From positions 1-61,228 of the forward strand of contig CAKOJI010000003.1 in assembly GCA_934089255.1 (NCBI GenBank): DNA of 61,228 nucleotides, given 5' to 3'. The stretch is from an uncultured Bacilli bacterium (lineage in GTDB: Bacteria; Bacillota_I; Bacilli_A; RF39; UBA660). A model generated the notes under the pieces. The model saw only the letters and a program-made list of their open reading frames with translations, was not told the origin of the DNA and searched no databases. This document shows positions 26,409 through 36,309 of the stretch, in pieces. Both the position numbers and the translations under genes were made by a program. Numbering within the stretch: the first letter of the stretch is position 1; every line of letters begins with the position of its first letter.

Positions 26409-27141
26409 AGATAATTTTGATAAGTTAGAACGAATAAAAACTATTGGTGATGGTAGAAACGGTTTTATATATTTAAGTAAATATAATGGTAATATTTGTA
26501 CTTGTAAAGATTTTGCTACTAAAGAATATATTAAATTAATAAATGATAAAATGTTAAAACTTATAGAGTATTATAAAAAAGATTCTTCTTTGGTTTTTCC
26601 TTTTAAATTTTTATATAATGATTTAAATGATGATTATTTTGATTCGTATTTAACGGAATATAAAGATGGCTATAAAGATTTATATGAATTTTATAATTTA
26701 GATTATAAAGAAAAAGTGAGAATCTTAAAAAAGATAAGAGTATTAATTCAAGAAATGCATGAAGTTTATAAAGTAATTCATACTGATTTATATGATAATA
26801 ATATAATGTATAATAAAGATTTAGATAGTGTATGTATTATAGATTTTGATTCTTATATAGATATTAATAGTAAAGAAGGATATTTAGGTATTGAAATGAA
26901 TTTTTTAAGTAGAAAATATATTGAAAATACTGGTATAGATCAAAGTGTTGATGTATTTATGTTTAATTTATTGTGTTATTCATTTTTAAATAATGTAGAT
27001 TTTTATGATGTAATAAATTATATTTATAAAGGTGAATATGGTGTATTAACTGATAATAGAATTATAAATGTCTTAAAAAGTTATAAGTTTTTCGATTGTA
27101 GAAGAAAAGTTAAAAAAGAATATATATTAGATTATATTTAG
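26401..27141 (+). CDS. Small protein-kinase-fold protein (CotS/APH-like)
   Basis: [13 protein letters not shown] (HxDxxxxN-like) and IIDFDS (DFD) motifs. It overlaps dusB by 8 nt. Confidence 0.5.
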   Translation: MIKDNFDKLERIKTIGDGRNGFIYLSKYNGNICTCKDFATKEYIKLINDKMLKLIEYYKKDSSLVFPFKFLYNDLNDDYFDSYLTEYKDGYKDLYEFYNLDYKEKVRILKKIRVLIQEMHEVYKVIHTDLYDNNIMYNKDLDSVCIIDFDSYIDINSKEGYLGIEMNFLSRKYIENTGIDQSVDVFMFNLLCYSFLNNVDFYDVINYIYKGEYGVLTDNRIINVLKSYKFFDCRRKVKKEYILDYI

Positions 27142-27251
27142 TATATTAAATAATATTTTATATAAGAAAGAGTTAATCTTTTTTTTTATATTTTTTATAT
27201 AAAATTTAAATTTTGTGGTAAAATAATATGGCATAAGGAGTGAGTGATTTT

Positions 27252-30059
27252 ATGGATAAAATTGTTATTAAAGGTGCTAGAGAAAATAATTTGAAAAATA
27301 TAAATATAGAAATACCTAAAAATAAATTAGTTGTTATGACTGGTGTTAGTGGTAGTGGTAAAAGTAGTTTAGCTTTTGATACTATTTATGCTGAAGGACA
27401 AAGAAGATATGTTGAGAGTTTATCTAGTTATGCTAGACAGTTTTTAGGTGGGAGTGAAAAAGCTGATGTTGATTCTATAGAAGGATTAAGTCCAAGTATC
27501 TCTATAGATCAGAAAACTACTAATAAAAATCCTCGTAGTACAGTTGCTACTGTTACAGAAATATATGATTATTTTAGATTATTATTTGCACGTATAGGTG
27601 TACCAATTTGTCCAAAACATAAAATACCTATTAAAAGTCAAAGTATAGAAGAAATGACTAATAAAGTATTATCTTTTGAAGAAGGAACTAAATTAGAAAT
27701 ACTTTCTCCAGTTGTTTATGGTGAAAAGGGTAGTCATGAAAAAGTATTTGATGATTTAAGAAAAAAAGGATTTACTAGAGTAATTGTTAATGGTACTAGA
27801 TATGATTTAAGTGATGATATAAAATGTGAAAAAAATAAAAAAGATAATATATTAGTTATTGTTGATAGAATAGTATTAAAAAAAGAAGATAGATCACGTA
27901 TATTTGATTCTTTAGAAACAGCTACTAAGTTAAGTAATGGTAAGGTTGTTATTAATTTAGTAGGAGATAAAGAAATAGTTATGAGTGAACATTATGCTTG
28001 TCCAGAATGTGATTTTTCTTTACCAGAGTTAGAACCTAGGTTATTTTCATTTAATGCTCCATATGGTGCTTGTCCAGAATGTAAGGGACTTGGTACTAAG
28101 CAAAATATTAATGTTGATTTAGTAATACCAGATAAAAATTTAAGTATATTAGATGGTGCTATTAAACCATTAAATTTAGAACAGAATATATATATGACAA
28201 ATATTTTAACAGTTGCTAAATATTATAATATTGATTTAAGTGTACCTGTTAAAGATATGAAGAAAAGTGATTTAGATATTATACTTTATGGTTCTAAAGA
28301 TATTATGGATTTTTATTATGTTAGTAAGACAGGTAGTAAAAGATATACTAAAGATTATTATGAAGGAATTATAAATAATTTAGAAAGAAGATATGTAGAA
28401 ACTACTAGTACTTGGATTAGAGAATGGTTAGAAAGTTATATGGTAGAAACTAGTTGTCCTAAATGTAAGGGTGCTAGATTAAAAAAAGATGTATTAAGTG
28501 TTTATATTAATAAAAAGAATATTTATGATTTAACTTGTATGAGTATTAGTGAATTAATTAAATTTTTTGATAAGTTAAAATTAAATAAAGAAGAAATGCA
28601 GATTAGTGAACTTATTATTAAAGAGATTAAATCAAGATTAGAATTTTTAAATAATGTTGGTTTATCATATTTAACTTTAAATAGAAGTGCTGGAACTTTA
28701 AGTGGTGGTGAATCACAAAGAATTCGTCTTGCAACGCAAATTGGAAGTCGTTTAAGTGGTGTTTTGTATGTTTTGGATGAACCAAGTATAGGACTTCATC
28801 AGAAGGATAATGAAAGACTTATTAATAGTTTAAAAAGTATGAGAGATTTAGGTAATACATTGATAGTTGTTGAACATGATGAAGATACTATGAGAGAAGC
28901 GGATTATTTAGTTGATATAGGTCCTGGTGCGGGTGAAAGTGGTGGCTATGTAGTTGCAGCTGGAACACCAGAAGAAGTTATGAAAAATGATAAAAGTATT
29001 ACTGGTAGATATTTAAGTGGCAAAGAAAAAATAGATATTCCTAAGAAAAGAAGAACAGGTAATGGTTTATTTTTGAAAATTAAGGGTGCTAAAGAAAATA
29101 ATTTAAAGAATATTAATGTTGATATTCCACTTAATACTTTAACAGTTGTTACAGGTGTAAGTGGAAGTGGTAAAAGTACTTTAGTAAATGAAATATTATA
29201 TAAAACATTAAGAAAAGATATTTATGATAGTAAAGATATACCTGGAATATGTAAGGAAGTACAAGGTGTAGAAAATATAGATAAAGTAATTGATATTACT
29301 CAAGATCCTATAGGAAGAACTCCTAGAAGTAATCCTGCAACGTATGTTGGTGTATTTGATGATATAAGAGATGTTTTTGCAGATATGAAAGAAAGTAAAA
29401 TAAGGGGATATAATAAAGGAAGATTTTCATTTAATGTAAAAGGTGGAAGATGTGAAGCTTGTAATGGTGATGGCGTTAAAAAGATAGAAATGCATTTTTT
29501 ACCAGATGTTTATGTACCTTGTGAACTTTGTAAAGGAACTAGATATAATACTGAAACACTTGATGTTAAATTTAAAGGAAAAAATATAAGTGAAGTATTA
29601 GATTTAAGAGTTGATGAAGCAATAGAATTTTTTGATTCTATTCCAAAGGTTAGAGATAAATTAAAAATATTAAGTGAAGTAGGATTGGGTTATATTAAAT
29701 TGGGACAAAGTGCTCCAACGCTTTCAGGTGGTGAAGCTAGTCGTGTTAAGCTTGCTAAGGAATTGCAGAAGAAACCTACTGGAAAAAGTATATTTATTTT
29801 AGATGAACCTACAACTGGATTACATACTGATGATATAAAGAAATTATTAGTTATTCTTGAAAGAATAGTTGATAATGGAGATACTGTACTTATTATAGAA
29901 CATAATTTAGATGTTATTAAAGTTGCAGATTATATAATAGATTTAGGTCCAGATGGTGGAGATGGTGGAGGAAAAGTTATTGTTACTGGAACTCCAGAAA
30001 AAGTTGCTAAATGTACAGATAGTTATACAGGTGAATTCTTAAAAAAGATTTTAAAATAG
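27252..30059 (+). CDS. uvrA: Excinuclease ABC subunit A
   Basis: Two GVSGSGKSS/T Walker A sites, LSGGE signatures and zinc-finger CxxC pairs. ATG 27252 lies 11 nt after AAGGAG. Confidence 0.95.
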   Translation: MDKIVIKGARENNLKNINIEIPKNKLVVMTGVSGSGKSSLAFDTIYAEGQRRYVESLSSYARQFLGGSEKADVDSIEGLSPSISIDQKTTNKNPRSTVATVTEIYDYFRLLFARIGVPICPKHKIPIKSQSIEEMTNKVLSFEEGTKLEILSPVVYGEKGSHEKVFDDLRKKGFTRVIVNGTRYDLSDDIKCEKNKKDNILVIVDRIVLKKEDRSRIFDSLETATKLSNGKVVINLVGDKEIVMSEHYACPECDFSLPELEPRLFSFNAPYGACPECKGLGTKQNINVDLVIPDKNLSILDGAIKPLNLEQNIYMTNILTVAKYYNIDLSVPVKDMKKSDLDIILYGSKDIMDFYYVSKTGSKRYTKDYYEGIINNLERRYVETTSTWIREWLESYMVETSCPKCKGARLKKDVLSVYINKKNIYDLTCMSISELIKFFDKLKLNKEEMQISELIIKEIKSRLEFLNNVGLSYLTLNRSAGTLSGGESQRIRLATQIGSRLSGVLYVLDEPSIGLHQKDNERLINSLKSMRDLGNTLIVVEHDEDTMREADYLVDIGPGAGESGGYVVAAGTPEEVMKNDKSITGRYLSGKEKIDIPKKRRTGNGLFLKIKGAKENNLKNINVDIPLNTLTVVTGVSGSGKSTLVNEILYKTLRKDIYDSKDIPGICKEVQGVENIDKVIDITQDPIGRTPRSNPATYVGVFDDIRDVFADMKESKIRGYNKGRFSFNVKGGRCEACNGDGVKKIEMHFLPDVYVPCELCKGTRYNTETLDVKFKGKNISEVLDLRVDEAIEFFDSIPKVRDKLKILSEVGLGYIKLGQSAPTLSGGEASRVKLAKELQKKPTGKSIFILDEPTTGLHTDDIKKLLVILERIVDNGDTVLIIEHNLDVIKVADYIIDLGPDGGDGGGKVIVTGTPEKVAKCTDSYTGEFLKKILK

Positions 30060-30144
30060 TTGTAAATTATATGTAAATAAAATTGACAAAATATATATAA
30101 AATAATTAATCTATAGTATATTATTAATATAGGAGGGTGGCTAA

Positions 30145-30345
30145 ATGATATATCCATCAATAGATAAGTTATTAAATATTGTAGATTCTAAGTATAGATT
30201 AGTTCACGTTATTAGTCAAAGAGCTAAACAAATGCATGAATTTGATCATTATCAAATGAAAGAATGTGACTATCATAATAAAAGAGAACTAGGTCGTGCT
30301 TTAGAAGAAGTTGAAGCAGGATTAATAAAAATAAAAACAAATTAA
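30145..30345 (+). CDS. rpoZ: DNA-directed RNA polymerase subunit omega
   Basis: The N-terminus YPSIDKLLNIVDSKYRLVHVISQRAKQ is typical of Firmicute RpoZ. Length is 66 aa. Confidence 0.7.
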   Translation: MIYPSIDKLLNIVDSKYRLVHVISQRAKQMHEFDHYQMKECDYHNKRELGRALEEVEAGLIKIKTN

Positions 30346-30377
30346 GTACTTGATGTTGAGTACTTTTTTTCTTTAAT

Positions 30378-30452
30378 AAATCCACAAATTATTGTGGATT
30401 TTTTGATATTTTAGTACTCGTTTTAATATGATAGTATTATGGTGGTGATTAA
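30378..30452 (+). promoter_or_regulatory. Repeated terminator + promoter module (copy 2), upstream of murE
   Basis: Near-copy of 11431..11505: the same aatccacaa..ttgtggatt hairpin and the same ttttaatatgatagtatta stretch. Confidence 0.6.
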
Positions 30453-31802
30453 ATGTTGAATATTAAAACTAATTCAAAACTTGTTAAAAAGGGAGATACT
30501 TTTGTTGCTATTAAAGGGAATACTGTTGATGGACATGATTTTATAGATGAAGCAGTTAAAAATGGAGCAACTAAGATAGTTTCTGAAAAAGTAAATAGTA
30601 ATTTAGAGACTATTTTGGTTAAAGATACTAAAAAATATTTGAATGATTATTTAGTTAATAATTATAGTGATAAGTTTAAAGATATTAAATTTATTGGAAT
30701 AACTGGTACTAATGGTAAAACAACGACAGCTTATTTAACTAGTCAAATTTTAACTAAACTAGGTGTTAAATGTGCTTATGTTGGTACAATAGGTTATTAT
30801 GTTGATAGTAAATTTGTTAAAGTTCTAAATAATACTACACCTGATATATTAGAGTTATATAATTTAATTTTAGATGCTAAAGAAAATGGTGTTAAAGTAA
30901 TAGTTATGGAAGTTAGTAGTCATTCATTAGATATGGGTAGAATTAATGGAATTAAATTAGATGTAGCAGTATTTACTAATTTAACAGAAGATCATTTAGA
31001 TTATCATAAAACTATGAAAAATTATTTAAATAGTAAATTATTGATATTAAATTATATGAAAGAAAATGGAGTAATGATTTCTAATATAGATGATTTATAT
31101 GGTAAATATTTTGTTTATAAAAATACTAAAACTATAGGATTCAGTGATAGTAATTATCAAATATTAAATTATAAATATGATAAAACTGGAACTAATATAG
31201 AATTTAAAAGTGATAAAGTTTATAATGTTAAAACTAATTTGTTAAATAAGTTTAATATATATAATTATATGTTAGCATTGTCTATAGTTAATAATTTAGG
31301 TTATGATATAAGTGAAATAATACGTGTTACTAAATTTGTTTATGCACCTAGTGGAAGAAATGAAATAATTAATTTAAAAAAAGGTAGAGCAGTAATAGAT
31401 TATGCTCATACTCCTGATGCAGTTTTTAAAATAATAAATGCTTATTTGGAAGAAAAAAAAGGTAGAATAATTACTATAATTGGTTGTGGGGGAGATCGGG
31501 ATACAACTAAAAGACCTATAATGGGTAATACTGCTACTAAATTATCTGAATATGTAATTTTAACAAATGATAATCCACGTTGTGAAGATGAAAAAAAGAT
31601 TATGAATGATATAGTAAGTGGTATTAAAAGTGATAATTATTGTGTTATATATGATAGGAAAGTAGCAATAAAATATGGTGTATCTATTTTGAATAATGAT
31701 GATACTTTATTGATACTTGGTAAAGGACATGAAGATTATCAAATAATTGGACATACTAAATATCATTTGAGTGATAAAGAAGAAGTATTAAAATATATTT
31801 AG
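30453..31802 (+). CDS. murE: UDP-MurNAc-L-Ala-D-Glu--diamino-acid ligase (the DNPR motif suggests meso-DAP type)
   Basis: GITGTNGKTTTAYL P-loop, MEVSSH and TNDNPR. Confidence 0.9.
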   Translation: MLNIKTNSKLVKKGDTFVAIKGNTVDGHDFIDEAVKNGATKIVSEKVNSNLETILVKDTKKYLNDYLVNNYSDKFKDIKFIGITGTNGKTTTAYLTSQILTKLGVKCAYVGTIGYYVDSKFVKVLNNTTPDILELYNLILDAKENGVKVIVMEVSSHSLDMGRINGIKLDVAVFTNLTEDHLDYHKTMKNYLNSKLLILNYMKENGVMISNIDDLYGKYFVYKNTKTIGFSDSNYQILNYKYDKTGTNIEFKSDKVYNVKTNLLNKFNIYNYMLALSIVNNLGYDISEIIRVTKFVYAPSGRNEIINLKKGRAVIDYAHTPDAVFKIINAYLEEKKGRIITIIGCGGDRDTTKRPIMGNTATKLSEYVILTNDNPRCEDEKKIMNDIVSGIKSDNYCVIYDRKVAIKYGVSILNNDDTLLILGKGHEDYQIIGHTKYHLSDKEEVLKYI

Positions 31803-31900
31803 TAATATTTACATATTTTTGTAAATATTATTTTTTTTGCTTGATTTTTATAATTAAATGTTGTAATTTATAAAAATTTGATGTATTATTTGTATAGACA

Positions 31901-31924
31901 GTGGTACATTGTGGAAGAAAGTGG
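31901..31924 (+). promoter_or_regulatory. Three GTGG direct repeats with an exact 10-nt period (candidate MraZ operator)
   Basis: GTGG at 31901, 31911 and 31921, immediately upstream of the mraZ start. Confidence 0.5.
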
Positions 31925-31932
31925 GGGATTTT

Positions 31933-32361
31933 ATGTTGATGGGTGAGTATCATCATACTATTGATGAAAAAAACAGGCTTATTATTCCTAGCAAGTTCAG
32001 AAGTGAACTTGGTGAAAAGTTTGTTATTACTCGTGGTCTTGAAAATTGTTTATTTGTATATTCTTTGGTCGAATGGGAAAATATAGTAAGCAAATTAAGA
32101 ACATTACCATTTACAAAAAAAGACTCACGAAATTTCACCAGATTCTTCATGTCTGGTGCTACTGAATGTGTACTCGACAAATCTGGTAGGGTATGCATTA
32201 CCTCCCCACTCGTTCATTACGCCGGTTTAACTAAAGATTGTGTTATAATCGGCGCTAATGACCGACTTGAAATATGGGATAATGACGCTTGGGAGAATTT
32301 CTTTAATGAAAATGAAGATAATTTTAGTGATATAGCAGAGAACTTGTTTGGGGGAGAATAA
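31933..32361 (+). CDS. mraZ: Transcriptional regulator MraZ
   Basis: MLMGEYHHTIDEKNRLIIPSKFR and a second SpoVT-AbrB repeat (DKSGRVCI). The ORF track starts at 31909. Confidence 0.9.
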   Translation: MLMGEYHHTIDEKNRLIIPSKFRSELGEKFVITRGLENCLFVYSLVEWENIVSKLRTLPFTKKDSRNFTRFFMSGATECVLDKSGRVCITSPLVHYAGLTKDCVIIGANDRLEIWDNDAWENFFNENEDNFSDIAENLFGGE

Positions 32362-32362
32362 T

Positions 32363-33283
32363 ATGCATTATAGTGTAATGAAAAAGGAATGTATAGAAAA
32401 TCTAAATATTAAAAGTGATGGAATATACGTAGATGGTACTATTGGATTTGCTGGACATTCTAAGGAAATTTTATCTCTTATACCAAATGGGCATTTATAT
32501 GGTTTTGATCAAGATGATTATGCTATTATGTCTTCAGATAAAACTTTAAAAAGTGTTGGTAATAATTATACGTTAATTAGAGATAATTTTAAAAATATGA
32601 AAAAAAGATTAAATGAGTTAGATGTAAATGGTGTTGATGGAATTCTTTTAGATTTAGGAGTTTCAAGTCCACAAATTGATGAAGCCAGTAGAGGATTTAG
32701 CTTTATGAAAAATGCAACGCTTGATATGAGAATGGATAATAGAAATACACTAACTGCTAAAAAAATTATTAATGAATATAGTGAGAAAGAATTATTAAGA
32801 ATATTTTATGAATATGGAGAAGAAAAGTTTTCTAAACCAATAGTTTCTAAGATAATGGAGTATAGAAATGAGAAAGTTATAGAAACTACTTTAGAGTTAG
32901 TTAAAATAATTGAAAGTAGTGTTCCTAAAAAATATTTTATAAATAATCATCCAGAAAGGCAAATATTTCAAGCTATAAGAATTGAAGTAAATAATGAACT
33001 TAACGTTTTAAATGATGTTTTACCTGATGCTATAAATTTGTTAAATAAGGGTGGTAGATTATGTGTTTTAACATTTCATTCTTTAGAAGATAGAATTGTT
33101 AAAAAAACATTTAAAAAATATAGTGAAGTAAATGAAGTTGTTAAAGGTTTACCTGTTATACCTGATGAATATAAACCTTTAATAAAGATAATAAATAATA
33201 AACCAATAACAGCAAATGAAGAAGAAATAAAAGAAAATAGTAGAAGTAAGAGTGCAAAACTTAGAGTTATAGAAAGGATATAG
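32363..33283 (+). CDS. rsmH: 16S rRNA (cytosine1402-N4)-methyltransferase
   Basis: DGTIGFAGHS, DLGVSSPQID and FHSLEDRIVK. Confidence 0.92.
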   Translation: MHYSVMKKECIENLNIKSDGIYVDGTIGFAGHSKEILSLIPNGHLYGFDQDDYAIMSSDKTLKSVGNNYTLIRDNFKNMKKRLNELDVNGVDGILLDLGVSSPQIDEASRGFSFMKNATLDMRMDNRNTLTAKKIINEYSEKELLRIFYEYGEEKFSKPIVSKIMEYRNEKVIETTLELVKIIESSVPKKYFINNHPERQIFQAIRIEVNNELNVLNDVLPDAINLLNKGGRLCVLTFHSLEDRIVKKTFKKYSEVNEVVKGLPVIPDEYKPLIKIINNKPITANEEEIKENSRSKSAKLRVIERI

Positions 33284-33284
33284 T

Positions 33285-33575
33285 ATGAAAAAGAAAAGTA
33301 ATAAGGTTAAATTTTTAAAGGGTGAAAAGTTTTTCCTATTTTTAATTATTTTGTTTGGTACGTTGGCTCCTATTCTTACTGTATCTAGTAAATCGATATT
33401 ATCAAGAAGTAATATTGAATTGGAAAGAATAAAAAAGAAAGTTGAACGCCAAGAAAATATTAATGATAGTTTAGAAATGCAAGTAAATGAATTAGCAAGT
33501 TTATCAAGTATTCAAGATATTGCAAAAGAATATGGATTATCATATAATAATGATAATATAATCGTTATAAAATAA
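33285..33575 (+). CDS. ftsL: Cell division protein FtsL (assigned by position and topology)
   Basis: A 96-aa bitopic protein with a coiled-coil region, located between rsmH and the PBP gene. Confidence 0.65.
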   Translation: MKKKSNKVKFLKGEKFFLFLIILFGTLAPILTVSSKSILSRSNIELERIKKKVERQENINDSLEMQVNELASLSSIQDIAKEYGLSYNNDNIIVIK

Positions 33576-33589
33576 TTGGGAGGTGTATT

Positions 33590-35683
33590 ATGAACAATGC
33601 TGTTAAAATAAATAAGTTTCTTGTAATTAGCATTGTTCTTTTATTTGGTTTAATAATAGGAAAATTAATATATGTTAGTGCAAGTACAAATATAGATGGA
33701 ATAAATATAAAAAAGTTTGCACTAAGTCGTACTACTGGGAATAAAATACTTTATGCATCGCGTGGGAGTATATTAGATTCTTCTGGTGAGGTGTTAGCAG
33801 AAAATGTTAATTCTTATACAGTAATTGCATATTTAGATCCAATTCGTACTACGAAAAAAAGTAATCCACAACACGTTGTTGATATAGATAAAACGGTTAG
33901 TGAGTTAGCACCAATTATTAATATGGATGAAGGAAGATTAAGAAATTTACTTAGTAGAGATGCTTATCAAGTTGAATTAGGTCCTGAAGGAAGGGGTATA
34001 AGTGAACTTGTTAAGGAAAAGATAGAAAAGTTAAAACTTCCAGGAATAGATTTTATTAAAGAGAGTAAAAGGTACTATCCTTATGGTTCTTTTGCTTCGT
34101 ATATTATTGGTTATGCTAAAAAAAATGATGATGGTGAAATTGTAGGTGAAATGGGAATTGAATCTCATTATAATGATGAGTTAACTGGAGAAAATGGTTA
34201 TTATAAATATCAAAAAGATGCTTATGGTTATAAAATAGCTAATACACCTGTGCAAGAAAAAAAGGCAAAAAATGGATATAATATTGAGTTAACAATAGAT
34301 TCTAATATACAGATGTATTTAGAAAATGCAATAAGTGATTTAGTAAATAATTATAGTACTGATTGGGTTACTATTACTGTTGCTGATGCAAAAACGGGAG
34401 CAATTGTTGGTAGTGCATCTAATCCTACGTTTGATCCAAATAAGTTAAATATTACTAATTATAATAATCCTTTAGTAGCATATACTTATGAACCAGGTAG
34501 TACTATGAAAATATTTAGTTTTGCATCAAGTATAGAAGAAGGTCTTTATAATGGCGATGAAACGTATAGTTCAGGTAAAATAATTGTAGATGATTATGAG
34601 ATAAAAGATTGGAATAACGAAGGATGGGGTAAAATTACTTATGATGTAGGTTTTACTTATTCATCTAACGTTGCTGCAACATTACTTGCACAGAAATTAA
34701 AGAAAGAAAAAATGTTAGATTATTATACTAAATTAGGATTTGGGCAAAAGACTGGTATAGAATTATATGGAGAAATGAAGGGTAAAGTTAATTTTATGTA
34801 TGCATCAGAACTTGCTGCTGCATCTTATGGACAAGGTATAACTGTTACTCCAATTCAAATGATTCAAAGTTTAACTTGTTTAACAAATAATGGGGTTACG
34901 GTTAAACCTTATGTAGTAAAAAGAATAACTGATCAAAATAATAAAGTAATTTATGAAACAGATAGGCAAGAATTAAATAAAGTTTACAGTAAAGAAACTA
35001 TAGAAAAAATTATTGATTTAATGGATAAAACTGTTAATGGTGAAGATAATGCTGCAACAGGTGTAGTTTATAAAACAAGTGAAGTTAGATTAATAGGTAA
35101 AACTGGTACTGCACAATATACTAGTGAAACTGGAGAATATACTAAAAATAGTACCAAAAATATTAGATCTTTCGCTGGTGTATTTCCAAAAGACAATCCA
35201 GAATATATTATATATGTTGCTATTAAAGATTTAGATGGTACTAGTAGAGTAATGGGTAATATGACAAAAAATATAGTAGAGTCTATTGCAAAATATAAAA
35301 ATTTAAGTGAAAGAGAAAGTAATAAAGATGAATCTAAATATGTTACTTTAAAATCTTATTTAAATAAAAATGTAGATAATGTAAAAGAAGAAATAGAGTC
35401 TTTAAATTTAATGCCAATTATTATTGGTGATGGAAATGTAGTTACTAATCAGTATCCTGTTAATAATAAAAATATTATAATAAATTCTAAAGTTTATTTA
35501 AAAACTAATGGAGAAAATATTAATATGATAGATATTTCTGGTTGGACAAGGACAGAAGTAATAACATTAATGAATTTTATGGGTGTTGATTATGAAATTA
35601 ATGGTACTGGAAAAGTAGTTAGTACTAATATTATGCCAGGTAATAAAATAAGTGAAAAACTTATTATAAATATGGAAGGATAG
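33590..35683 (+). CDS. Class B penicillin-binding protein (PBP2B/SpoVD type) with a C-terminal PASTA domain
   Basis: STMK, SSN and KTGT motifs and an N-terminal TM helix. Confidence 0.9.
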   Translation: MNNAVKINKFLVISIVLLFGLIIGKLIYVSASTNIDGINIKKFALSRTTGNKILYASRGSILDSSGEVLAENVNSYTVIAYLDPIRTTKKSNPQHVVDIDKTVSELAPIINMDEGRLRNLLSRDAYQVELGPEGRGISELVKEKIEKLKLPGIDFIKESKRYYPYGSFASYIIGYAKKNDDGEIVGEMGIESHYNDELTGENGYYKYQKDAYGYKIANTPVQEKKAKNGYNIELTIDSNIQMYLENAISDLVNNYSTDWVTITVADAKTGAIVGSASNPTFDPNKLNITNYNNPLVAYTYEPGSTMKIFSFASSIEEGLYNGDETYSSGKIIVDDYEIKDWNNEGWGKITYDVGFTYSSNVAATLLAQKLKKEKMLDYYTKLGFGQKTGIELYGEMKGKVNFMYASELAAASYGQGITVTPIQMIQSLTCLTNNGVTVKPYVVKRITDQNNKVIYETDRQELNKVYSKETIEKIIDLMDKTVNGEDNAATGVVYKTSEVRLIGKTGTAQYTSETGEYTKNSTKNIRSFAGVFPKDNPEYIIYVAIKDLDGTSRVMGNMTKNIVESIAKYKNLSERESNKDESKYVTLKSYLNKNVDNVKEEIESLNLMPIIIGDGNVVTNQYPVNNKNIIINSKVYLKTNGENINMIDISGWTRTEVITLMNFMGVDYEINGTGKVVSTNIMPGNKISEKLIINMEG

Positions 35684-35690
35684 GTGAAAT

Positions 35691-36242
35691 ATGAAAAATA
35701 AAAAGAAAGGAAAGAAGAAAAAAAAGTTTGATTTAAAAAAAATATTAAGTTCTTATAAAACTATAATATATATATCTTTTTTAATAAATATTATTTTAAT
35801 AGTTTTTACTTATTATACTGTTAGTAATAATAAGATATATAGTTTTAGTGGTAATGATGAATATATAGAAGTTAAAGATGGTTTAATAGCACTTAATACA
35901 GATATTAATTTACTTAATGGAAATAATATTAGTTATAAGTATAATGAAGATTATGATATTGTATCTTTTAAAATAGGTTATTATGTTATGGATAATGAAA
36001 AACTTGTTGAAATTATATCTAATAATATAAAGTTAGAATCAGATATTAAGTTAAGTGTATTATTTAATAATATTTCATCATTTAATGTATTTGAAAAAAA
36101 CAGTTCTAAAAATTACTTTACACCATATAAGAAGAAATTATTAGATGATGGATTATATTTAGTTTTTGAAGCAAAAACTAAGGATGGTAATTCTATAATG
36201 AGAAAAGTAAAAATGAATTTATCAAAAATATCTAAATTTTAA
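35691..36242 (+). CDS. Hypothetical bitopic membrane protein
   Basis: Lys-rich N-terminus, one TM helix and no recognisable domain. Confidence 0.5.
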   Translation: MKNKKKGKKKKKFDLKKILSSYKTIIYISFLINIILIVFTYYTVSNNKIYSFSGNDEYIEVKDGLIALNTDINLLNGNNISYKYNEDYDIVSFKIGYYVMDNEKLVEIISNNIKLESDIKLSVLFNNISSFNVFEKNSSKNYFTPYKKKLLDDGLYLVFEAKTKDGNSIMRKVKMNLSKISKF

Positions 36243-36252
36243 ATTTTTGTAC

Positions 36253-36282
36253 TTGACTTAACGTGATAAGGTATAATATAAT
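36253..36282 (+). promoter_or_regulatory. Near-consensus sigma-A promoter (TTGACT-18-TATAAT)
   Basis: Read directly from the sequence. The downstream leader attttattgtaggaa(a)ggatgaa is shared with 44915..44940. Confidence 0.55.
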
Positions 36283-36309
36283 TTTATTGTAGGAAAGGAT
36301 GAAGGATTG

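Noticed and set aside
31960-32300. Moderately raised G+C within mraZ (with an 81-aa antisense ORF at 31953..32198), considered as another hypermutated or foreign patch
   Set aside because: Adenine is not depleted, the protein is a canonical conserved MraZ, and the elevation is mild. Ordinary constraint on a conserved gene explains it better.
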